Assembly: GCA_964291405.2 (NCBI GenBank)
Contig: OZ219926.1
Coordinates: forward strand, 3,392,001 to 3,456,000
Direction: 5' to 3'
Length of the DNA stretch: 64,000 nucleotides
DNA from: Thermodesulfobacteriota bacterium
GTDB taxonomy: Bacteria; Desulfobacterota; Binatia; Bin18
The notes beneath the pieces are model-generated. The model had not been told where the DNA came from and made no database searches. It saw nothing but the letters and a program-made list of their open reading frames with translations. Positions 56,437 to 64,000 of the stretch are shown here, one piece after another (the stretch's first letter is position 1; each line of letters opens with the position of its first letter). The position numbers were made by a program, and so were the translations under genes.

Positions 56437-57054
56437 GTGACGCACTTTATCCGGTTGTTCAAGTCGCATACGGACCGTCGTCCTGTACGGGCTATTGCCT
56501 TTGACCTCGACAGCACGCTCACACGGCCCTATCTGGACTTCACCCGGCTCAGAGCCCAGCTCGACCTGCCCGAGGGCGATATCCTCCACTGGGCCGACTC
56601 CCTCCCGCCTCGCCAACGGGCTGAAGCCTTTGCTACTATTGAGGCATTTGAACAAGACGGGGTCGATCATGTCGCCTGGAACGACGGGGCGCAGGAGACA
56701 TTAGCGGCGCTCCAGGCCTGCGGTCTGCCTGTCGCCATTATTACCCGCAACAGTCGGACTTCACTCACCGCCGTATGTGCGCACTTGGATATCCGCGTCG
56801 ACGCTCTGATTGCCCGAGAGGACGCAACTCCCAAGCCGGACCCGGCCTGTGTCCGTCTGGCAAGCGCCCGCCTGGGTGTTCGCGTAGAGACCTTACTCAT
56901 GGTAGGGGACTTTCGGCACGATACCGAGGCCGGACGTGCGGCTGGTGCCATGACGGTCCTCCTGACCAACGGCAAAACGCCGACCTGGACGGTTGAGGCC
57001 GACCTGGTGATTCGCCGTCTGCCCGAACTCTTGGCCTATATGGAAAAAGAGTAA
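56437..57054 (+). CDS. HAD family hydrolase
   Basis: FDLDSTL, ITRN, KPDP, VGD...D..AG; ends KE* inside repeat copy C. Confidence 0.9.
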   Translation: MTHFIRLFKSHTDRRPVRAIAFDLDSTLTRPYLDFTRLRAQLDLPEGDILHWADSLPPRQRAEAFATIEAFEQDGVDHVAWNDGAQETLAALQACGLPVAIITRNSRTSLTAVCAHLDIRVDALIAREDATPKPDPACVRLASARLGVRVETLLMVGDFRHDTEAGRAAGAMTVLLTNGKTPTWTVEADLVIRRLPELLAYMEKE

Positions 57055-57099
57055 ACGTGTCCGCCGGTAGACATGCAGATGTTGACACGTTTACTCTTT
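57046..57099. repeat. 54-bp palindromic mini-element, copy C
   Basis: AAAGAGTAAACGTGTCCGCCGGTAGACATGCAGATGTTGACACGTTTACTCTTT; its left arm contains the HAD stop codon. Confidence 0.9.
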
Positions 57100-57132
57100 T
57101 CTGGACTCTCAACATAATGCAGGAGGACACCC

Positions 57133-58206
57133 ATGGAGTTTGCCATTGCCTACCCGGCTAAACCAGATGCGTGGAAAGACATTGTTGTGGCTGAAGACAA
57201 CGGCTTCAGCCATGCCTGGCTGTACGACTCACAGATGATCTATAGCGATGTGTATGCGTGCATGGCGCTTGCCGCGGAGCATACCACTACGATTGTTCTA
57301 GGGACTGGCGTTGCCATCCCGAGTAATCGTATCGCTCCGGTGACCGCCCACTCCATTGCTACCATCAATCAACTCGCGCCCGGTCGGGTCATCCTCGGGT
57401 TGGGAACCGGATTCACCGGACGCAATACCATGGGTCTCCCGCCGGTCTCGCTCAAAGGCATACGCCACTATATCGAGCAGTGCCGCAGCCTGCTCAAGGG
57501 AGAAGAGGTGCTCTTTCAAGACAACGAAGGCAATAGGTCTCGCCAACGCTGGATTCGCTTCCTGCACCAAGACCACGGCTATATTAATCTGAGAGACCCG
57601 ATTCCAATTCACTTTGCGGCCAACGGGCCAAAGGCCCTGGAACTGACCGGAGAGATCGCAGACGGTTGGATTACGACTATCTCTTCCCCGGACACCTTAC
57701 GCAAAAACCTGGCGGTAGTCGAAAAGGGCGCGACTCGTGTTGGACGGTCAGCCCAAGACCTGCCCAATGTCGCCCTGACCTCAGCTTGTGTGCTGCAACC
57801 GGGTGAGTCGGCGACCGCACAGCGCGTCATGGACCGAGTTGGTCCATTTGCCATTGTGGCCCTCCACGCCTTGTGGGAGCAGTCTGCGGTCACGGCTAAT
57901 ATGCCGCCCGCCATGGAGCCACTCTATCAGGGCTTTGCCGACTATGTCGCGCAGATGCGCACGCCTGAGGATCGTCGCTATCTCGAAGTCCACGAGGGCC
58001 ACCTGATCTACCTCAAGCCGGGGGAAGAGCGCTACTGTAATGAAGACCTGATTCGCGGCATGACGCTGACGGGGACGGGCGAAGAGATCATTGCCCGGCT
58101 CAAGGCGCTCGAAGCGGCCGGTCTCAAGCAGGTTGCGGTTCAGGTCGTGAACAATGGGCGCGAAATGATCGAAGAATTCAGTCGCGAGGTCATTGCGAAA
58201 TACTAG
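57133..58206 (+). CDS. LLM-class oxidoreductase (Mer-like, probably F420-dependent)
   Basis: 'AED.GFSHAW.YDS', 'LGTGV', 'APGRV.LGLG.G', 'AA.GPK.L...GEIADG'. Confidence 0.9.
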   Translation: MEFAIAYPAKPDAWKDIVVAEDNGFSHAWLYDSQMIYSDVYACMALAAEHTTTIVLGTGVAIPSNRIAPVTAHSIATINQLAPGRVILGLGTGFTGRNTMGLPPVSLKGIRHYIEQCRSLLKGEEVLFQDNEGNRSRQRWIRFLHQDHGYINLRDPIPIHFAANGPKALELTGEIADGWITTISSPDTLRKNLAVVEKGATRVGRSAQDLPNVALTSACVLQPGESATAQRVMDRVGPFAIVALHALWEQSAVTANMPPAMEPLYQGFADYVAQMRTPEDRRYLEVHEGHLIYLKPGEERYCNEDLIRGMTLTGTGEEIIARLKALEAAGLKQVAVQVVNNGREMIEEFSREVIAKY

Positions 58207-58213
58207 GTGGACT

Positions 58214-59356
58214 ATGACACGAGACTCCATCACGCTTGGTATCGCTATTTCTCTGAGTGGCCGCTATGCCCTGCTCGGACGTCAGGTCCTTGAAGGACTG
58301 GAATGCTATATCCGCGATGTGAACGCCACCGGTGGGATGCGGTTCGGGGCCGAAAATCGAAGACTCCCCGTCTCTCTGATTATCGAAGACGACGAAAGTG
58401 ACGAGACGAAAGTCCGCAGCCTGATCGAGAAGTTGATCACCCACGATAAGGTTGATCTGCTGATGGGGCCCTACGGTAGCGGGCTGACCCTGGCCGCCGC
58501 AGAGACGGCCGAGGCTGCCCAGCAGGTGCTGTGGAACCATAGCGGGTCGGCCGACGAAATCTTCGAGTGTAACCTCTCCTGGGTCGTGGGCCTGTTGAGT
58601 CCGGCGTCCCAATACCTCTGCGCCATTCTCGAACTGCTGCGCACGCTCGACCCTGAGGCAAAACGGGTGGCCTTACTGAGTGCCAAAACCGGCTTTGCCA
58701 CCGATATGGCCAGCGGCGCGCTGGCCTGGATTCAACGCCACGGACTGACGCTTACCAGCCATCAACTGTACCGGTCCGGTCTCGACGATTTCAGCCCGTT
58801 GCTCAACCCGCTTAAGGACGACCCGCCGGACTGGCTGCTCAGCGTTGGCCGCGTCGAGGACGACCTGCGGCTGGGTCGGCAGTTGTGTGACCTGCGGCCC
58901 CGGCTTAAGGCCGCCGGGCTGGTCGTTGCCGCCATCAGCCGCTTTAAGGCCGAGCTCGGTGAGCGGGCTGACGGGTTTCTGGCTCCAAGCCAGTGGGAGC
59001 CGCAAGTGGAGTACGGGGTGGACTGTGGCCCGTCAGAAAACGAGTTTCTGACCCATTACCTCAAAGGCGCAACTGTACCTATCGACTACCCGGCCGCCCA
59101 AGGCTATACCGCCGGCGTCATTGCCCAGCGCTGCGTCGAAGAAGTCGGTGGCGTGGACCAAGACGCCCTGCGCGCGGCTGCGAGTCGTCTGCGGTGTACG
59201 ACCTTCTACGGCCCGTATGCCATTGACGCGCAGACCGGCCGCCAGACCGCTCATCCCATGCTGGTCACCCAGTGGCAGAAGGGCCGTAAGGAAATCGTAT
59301 GGCCGCGCACGGTGGCCGAGGCTCAGCCGGTCTATCCGGGGCCGTTGTGGGAGTAG
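58214..59356 (+). CDS. Amino acid ABC transporter substrate-binding protein (LivK fold)
   Basis: 'SLSGRYA..G', 'DDES', 'GPYGS', 'TFYG', 'QWQ.G'; no clear signal peptide from this start. Confidence 0.82.
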   Translation: MTRDSITLGIAISLSGRYALLGRQVLEGLECYIRDVNATGGMRFGAENRRLPVSLIIEDDESDETKVRSLIEKLITHDKVDLLMGPYGSGLTLAAAETAEAAQQVLWNHSGSADEIFECNLSWVVGLLSPASQYLCAILELLRTLDPEAKRVALLSAKTGFATDMASGALAWIQRHGLTLTSHQLYRSGLDDFSPLLNPLKDDPPDWLLSVGRVEDDLRLGRQLCDLRPRLKAAGLVVAAISRFKAELGERADGFLAPSQWEPQVEYGVDCGPSENEFLTHYLKGATVPIDYPAAQGYTAGVIAQRCVEEVGGVDQDALRAAASRLRCTTFYGPYAIDAQTGRQTAHPMLVTQWQKGRKEIVWPRTVAEAQPVYPGPLWE

Positions 59357-59511
59357 ATGGATGAGGGAGCAATGTTCCGGGATGTGAACCCGTCCAATAA
59401 TTGAACTTACTCTCTACCTTGGTTACACTGCCGTAGAGTTGGGATAGGAAGAGCATATAACTATCAGTTACCTATTTCAGCGAGAACATTTTTAAGAAAG
59501 GGGCAAGCGAA

Positions 59512-60522
59512 ATGAGTCTCATCAGAGCCGAGTATATTTGGATAGACGGCAACAAACCGACTGCTACATTGCGCTCAAAAACGAAAATACTTGACGGACC
59601 CATTAGCAGCCTCGAAGACGTTCCCCTATGGGGATTCGACGGTTCAAGCACTATGCAGGCTGAAGGGCATGACAGCGATCGCCTGCTCCGCCCCATTTAT
59701 TATGTGCCTGACCCCATCCGCCGCGGCGACAATATCCTGGTCATGAACGAGGTGCGGCTCCCGGATGGATCGGTACATGAGTCCAACACACGGGCTCACT
59801 TGGTCAAGCTGCAAGAAAAGTATAAAGACCATGAGCCCTGGTTCGGCATTGAGCAGGAGTATACCTTTTTTCGAGGCCGCTCGCCCTTGGGTTGGCCGGA
59901 GGGAGGCTATCCCGCGCCCCAGGGACCGTTCTATTGCGGTGTTGGTGCCGATGAGGTCTTTGGCCGGGAAATAGTTGAGGCCCATATGAATGCCTGTCTG
60001 GAAGCCGGGCTGGCCCTGTCCGGCATCAATGCCGAGGTCATGCCCGGACAGTGGGAATTTCAGATCGGCCCAATAGGGATTCCTGAGGTGGCGGATCAAT
60101 TATGGATCGCCCGCTGGTTGCTGTATCGCATCGCCGAGGATTCTGGCGTCAATGCCACCCTGCATCCAAAACCGGTCAAAGGTGATTGGAACGGCGCCGG
60201 CGCCCACACAAATTTCAGCACCAAAGCCATGCGTGAGGAGGGGGGCCTGCGGGTGGTGAGAGCCGCCTGCGAGGCGCTGGAAAAGCGGCACGAGGAACAC
60301 ATTGCCGTATACGGCGCCCACAACGAAGAGCGCCTCACCGGCCTGCATGAGACGTGCAGCATCCACGAATTCCGCTACGGTATCAGTGACCGGGGAGCCT
60401 CGGTCCGCATTCCGATGGCCACGGCCAACGAGGGACGCGGCTATCTGGAAGATCGTCGTCCGGCCGCCAATATGGACCCCTATCAGGTCTGTGCCGCGCT
60501 GCTCGAAACCACATGTGGTTGA
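59512..60522 (+). CDS. glnII: Glutamine synthetase type II
   Basis: 336 aa; EYIWIDG, LRSKT, W.FDGSST, WFGIEQEY, NAEVMPGQWEFQ, GDWNGAGAH, EDRRP. Confidence 0.93.
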   Translation: MSLIRAEYIWIDGNKPTATLRSKTKILDGPISSLEDVPLWGFDGSSTMQAEGHDSDRLLRPIYYVPDPIRRGDNILVMNEVRLPDGSVHESNTRAHLVKLQEKYKDHEPWFGIEQEYTFFRGRSPLGWPEGGYPAPQGPFYCGVGADEVFGREIVEAHMNACLEAGLALSGINAEVMPGQWEFQIGPIGIPEVADQLWIARWLLYRIAEDSGVNATLHPKPVKGDWNGAGAHTNFSTKAMREEGGLRVVRAACEALEKRHEEHIAVYGAHNEERLTGLHETCSIHEFRYGISDRGASVRIPMATANEGRGYLEDRRPAANMDPYQVCAALLETTCG

Positions 60523-60558
60523 GCCCGGCACATATCGCCTCTCCCGCGGAGGATCGTC

Positions 60559-61560
60559 ATGCTACACACACCAATCTGCCAGGACCTCGGAATCACCTAT
60601 CCAATTTTTTCCGTGGGTATGGGCGGTGGGATGGCCGGGCCGAAACTCACGGCCGCGGTGTCCAACGCCGGCGGATGTGGCGTCTTGGGCATGGGCGGTT
60701 TGCCCGCGCCCTATATCCGGGAACAAATCCGGCAGGTCCGCGCGCTGACCAATCAGCCTTTTGGCGTCAATATCATTCTCCCCCTGCTGCAAGAGGGACA
60801 GATTGAAACCTGCTTCGCCGAAGCCGTTCCCCTGCTCGTCCTCTTCTGGGGTGACCCTGAACCCTACGTCAAAGAGGCCCATCGCGTCGGGACCAAGGTC
60901 TTCCTCCAGGTTGGCTCAGTTGAAGAAGCCGTGACCGCGGTGAACGTCGGGGTTGACGGCATTATCGCCCAAGGTGTTGAAGCGGGCGGGCATGTCAAAA
61001 GCACCACCTCGCTGTCAACCATCGTCCCGGCCGTAGTCGAAGCCGTTGGACCCGTGCCGGTTATTGCCGCGGGCGGTATTGCTACCGGACGTGGGGTTGC
61101 GGCGGCCTTAACCCTGGGTGCTCAGGCCGTGTCCATGGGCACGCGCTTTGTGGCCAGTGAAGAAATCCAGGTCATCCAGGCATACAAACAGCGCATTGTT
61201 GACAGCACGGCCGAAGATACGGTGCATACCAAACTCTTTGATGTAGGCTGGCCAGATGCCGCTCATCGGGTGTTACGCACTACGGCGATGGACGAATGGG
61301 AAGCCGCGGGTTGCCCGGCCAGCGGTCAGCGGCCCGGAGAAGGCCGCGTCATCGGGACGATGCCCATGGCCGGCACGCCCATAGAGCTGCTCAAATACGG
61401 CATCTTCCCGCCCATGCCCGGCTTTGAGGGCGACCTGGAACAAGCCGCACTGTACGCGGGCGAATCGTGTCGGTTGATTCATGACATCAAGCCGGCCGGT
61501 CGAATCGTGCACGACATCGTGTCCGAAGCTGAAAAGATACTGAACCATCTGCACGCCTGA
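60559..61560 (+). CDS. Nitronate monooxygenase/FabK-like flavoprotein
   Basis: 'AVSNAGG.G', PFGVN, QGVEAGGH, VIAAGGI, GTRF. Confidence 0.9.
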   Translation: MLHTPICQDLGITYPIFSVGMGGGMAGPKLTAAVSNAGGCGVLGMGGLPAPYIREQIRQVRALTNQPFGVNIILPLLQEGQIETCFAEAVPLLVLFWGDPEPYVKEAHRVGTKVFLQVGSVEEAVTAVNVGVDGIIAQGVEAGGHVKSTTSLSTIVPAVVEAVGPVPVIAAGGIATGRGVAAALTLGAQAVSMGTRFVASEEIQVIQAYKQRIVDSTAEDTVHTKLFDVGWPDAAHRVLRTTAMDEWEAAGCPASGQRPGEGRVIGTMPMAGTPIELLKYGIFPPMPGFEGDLEQAALYAGESCRLIHDIKPAGRIVHDIVSEAEKILNHLHA

Positions 61561-61684
61561 ATACCGCACTACAGACGCTCCCAAGACCCAGCCCTCACCC
61601 CGGCGACGGCGGAGAGCCGGTCTATGACGGATTCTCCGGCCTTCATTGTTGACGGGAGATAGACAGCACGTTAGTGGAGACGGG

Positions 61685-62377
61685 ATGAAAGAATCGTTTA
61701 TCCTCCTGCTGTGGTGGGTACTGTTCGGTGGCTCACATATGCTCATGTCCGCGCCCAGTTGGCGACCGAAACTGGTTGCCCGGCTTGGTGAGTGGGGTTT
61801 CTTCGGAGTCTATTCTCTGATTGCCATCGTCACCATCGTGCCACTGTGCATGTACTACGGCGCGCACAAGCACACCGGTCCGCAGCTCTGGGTCACGCTG
61901 CTGCCCTACCTGATAGCGCGTGATGTGAATGTCCTGCTCATGGGGCTGGCCTTTATCCTCTTCGTCAGCGGCCTGGCGGCCCTTACGCCCAGCTCCATAC
62001 TGGCCAGCACAGCGCCCCAGGCGTATGGCATCACTCGGATTACCCGCCATCCGGTGTTTGCCTCGTTCTTTTTGTTTGGTGTGGCGCACTGCCTGATGAA
62101 TGGTGCCCTGAGCGACATCGTCTTCTTTGGCGGCTTTGTCGTCCACTCCTGGCTTGGCGCGTGGCGTCAGGATCAACGCAAAGCCGACGAGCTGCCCGGC
62201 TATACGGAATTCCGGCTGTCCACCTCCTTCCTGCCCTTCGGAGCCATTGTCAGCCAACGGCAGCCGTTTCCTCTTGGAGAGCTACGTTGGGGGGCAATCA
62301 TCCTGGGCGTGGTTGTATTCTACCTGGTGCGGACCTTTCACCCTAATATATTTGGCGGGATTTTGATGACGCTCTAG
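61685..62377 (+). CDS. NnrU family membrane protein
   Basis: 'LFGGSH', 'GVYS', 'RITRHP', 'AH.L.NG', 'TS.LPF.AI'. Confidence 0.85.
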   Translation: MKESFILLLWWVLFGGSHMLMSAPSWRPKLVARLGEWGFFGVYSLIAIVTIVPLCMYYGAHKHTGPQLWVTLLPYLIARDVNVLLMGLAFILFVSGLAALTPSSILASTAPQAYGITRITRHPVFASFFLFGVAHCLMNGALSDIVFFGGFVVHSWLGAWRQDQRKADELPGYTEFRLSTSFLPFGAIVSQRQPFPLGELRWGAIILGVVVFYLVRTFHPNIFGGILMTL

Positions 62378-62389
62378 GATAGTCAGGCT

Positions 62390-62632
62390 ATGCTCCCAGA
62401 GATGTTTACCGAGGCCTGGAACTGGCTCCTCAGCCTGTCCAAGGTCCAATTGATTCTTTTGGGTGGCGCTATCGCCCTGCTCGTTGCGATCAGCAAAGTG
62501 CTTCGCTTGCTGTTCCTGGTGATTGTCCTACTCTTCTTTCTGGTCGTGATTCTGCCGCAGTTGCTGACGCGCTATGCCGAGTATCCGCTCCCAGAACTCG
62601 CGCCGGGCGAGCGCGTTGTTCCTCAAGACTGA
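62390..62632 (+). CDS. Small hypothetical membrane protein
   Basis: 80 aa with two hydrophobic helices, co-oriented within the cluster. Confidence 0.55.
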   Translation: MLPEMFTEAWNWLLSLSKVQLILLGGAIALLVAISKVLRLLFLVIVLLFFLVVILPQLLTRYAEYPLPELAPGERVVPQD

Positions 62633-62651
62633 AGTACGAAAGGAGACAGTA

Positions 62652-63122
62652 ATGGAAGCTGAAAAGAAACTCGAAGAACTCGGGCTAACCCTGCCACCCA
62701 TTCCCACTCCAGTGGCCAACTATCTGCCCCTGGTGCGAACCGGCAACCTCCTGTTTGTCTCCGGCCATGGGCCAGGCATCCTCAAGGATGGCAGCGTGTC
62801 GTTCATCCAGGGTAAGCTCGGCAAAGACCTGGACGTTGAGCAGGGGTATGATGCGGCCAAACAGGTTATGCTCAACATCCTGCAATCCTTGAAGCAGGAA
62901 CTGGGGGATTTGGATAAAGTCCGCAAAGTGGTCAAGCTGCTCGGCTTTGTCAACTGCACGCCCGACTTCCCCGATCAACCCAAAGTGATCAACGGTGCGT
63001 CCGATTTGCTCGTCGCCCTGTTTGGCGACCGTGGCCGTCACGCCCGCTCGGCCGTGGGCATGAACCAGCTCCCGTTCGGCATCGCCGTTGAGATTGAGAT
63101 GGTCGTGGAAGTCGAGGACTAA
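62652..63122 (+). CDS. RidA/YjgF family protein (Rid2/3-like)
   Basis: 'P.PVANY', 'VSGH', 'NGASDLL...FG..GRHARSAVG', 'VEIE'; AAGGAG before ATG 62652. Confidence 0.92.
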   Translation: MEAEKKLEELGLTLPPIPTPVANYLPLVRTGNLLFVSGHGPGILKDGSVSFIQGKLGKDLDVEQGYDAAKQVMLNILQSLKQELGDLDKVRKVVKLLGFVNCTPDFPDQPKVINGASDLLVALFGDRGRHARSAVGMNQLPFGIAVEIEMVVEVED

Positions 63123-63155
63123 CGCGGAGACCCGCGCGTACCTTTGGGTACGGGA

Positions 63156-64000
63156 TTAAACCGCGGCAAACTGGGCCACCAGCGCGGCGTTGGATTCCGC
63201 TTTCTCAAAGGCGGTCAATACCGCCTGGGTTGCCTCCACGGTCGGCAGCGCGGCAACCTGACGGCGTAGTAGGTGGGCCATTTTGAGCGTATCGGGGTCG
63301 AGCAGTTGTTCCTCTTTGCGGGTGCCTGAGGCTGCAATATCAATAGCCGGGAACAGCCGCCGGTCGGCCAGGCGCCGATCGAGCAGTAGCTCCATATTGC
63401 CTGTCCCCTTGAATTCCTGGGCAATGACCTCATCCATGCGACTGCCCGTGTCAATCAGGCAGGTCGCTACGATGGTCAGTGAGCCGCCTTCTTCAAGCTG
63501 CCGGGCCGCCCCAAACAACCGTTTGGGGATTTCCAGCGCATTGGCGTCAATACCGCCGCTCATCGTCCGTCCAGTGGCCGTATTGAGATTATGAGCGCGG
63601 CCCAGACGGGTCAGCGAGTCCAGGACAACGATCACATCCTTATCCTGCAAGGCGCTCTCAACCGCCTGCTCCAGACATGTTGCGGCGGTCTCCAGATGTT
63701 CTTCCAGCGAACGATCATTCGAGGACGCAAACACCTCAGCCGGGACGGCCCGGCGAAAATCGGTTACCTCCTCGGGCCGCTCGTCAATCAGCAGGCTATA
63801 TAAGATGGCTTGTGGAGCCCCGGCCGCAGCCGCCACGCACAAGTCTTTTAAGAAGGTCGTCTTACCGGTTTTGGGCGGTGCGAGGATAATGGCTCGCTGG
63901 CCAAATCCAATCGGGCAGAACACATCCAGAATACGGATAGTCAGGGGCGTATCCGGCCCAACAAGCTGAATCTTCCGGTTGGGTGCAATCGGGACCCGAC
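63156..64000 (-). CDS. rho: Transcription termination factor Rho, ATPase domain (5' end outside window)
   Basis: [53 protein letters not shown]; the frame is open to the window edge. Confidence 0.88.
   Translation of the reverse strand, partial: RVPIAPNRKIQLVGPDTPLTIRILDVFCPIGFGQRAIILAPPKTGKTTFLKDLCVAAAAGAPQAILYSLLIDERPEEVTDFRRAVPAEVFASSNDRSLEEHLETAATCLEQAVESALQDKDVIVVLDSLTRLGRAHNLNTATGRTMSGGIDANALEIPKRLFGAARQLEEGGSLTIVATCLIDTGSRMDEVIAQEFKGTGNMELLLDRRLADRRLFPAIDIAASGTRKEEQLLDPDTLKMAHLLRRQVAALPTVEATQAVLTAFEKAESNAALVAQFAAV

Noticed and set aside
41587-57099. The three palindromic repeats as a CRISPR array
   Set aside because: They are kilobases apart, have no repeat-spacer periodicity, and no cas genes are present.
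1-64000. tRNA, rRNA or known riboswitches
   Set aside because: I recognised no cloverleaf, rRNA-like or consensus riboswitch sequence in the intergenic regions by eye; an Infernal or tRNAscan run would be needed to exclude them fully.

Overview
This is a GC-rich (about 60%) bacterial chromosomal window. It mixes housekeeping genes (nadK, rarA, purM, minCDE, hslUV, xerC, glnII, a partial Rho) with many catabolic and redox enzymes: five luciferase-like monooxygenases, four amidohydrolases, a class III CoA-transferase pair, an amidase, a Rieske oxygenase with a LigAB-type dioxygenase, and a tungsten AOR-family enzyme. This content, together with a Sel1-repeat protein, resembles Binatia/Tectomicrobia-like, often sponge-associated bacteria (inference only). 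I saw no tRNA, rRNA, CRISPR array or intact transposase. Most notable observations: (1) a 54-55 bp palindromic element in three copies, two of which supply the stop codon of a gene; (2) a Tat-exported binding protein, an output-less HAMP membrane protein and an OFA-type MFS transporter that may form an undescribed sensing/transport module; (3) tandem dodecins; (4) an amidase with an AtzG/GatC-like partner and a cupin; (5) an unannotated 39-aa basic protein; (6) a CDF-transporter remnant next to a REP-like hairpin; (7) an AOR-family enzyme with GAPOR-like segments paired with a HAD phosphatase. All family calls come from motif recognition by eye; no database search was run.
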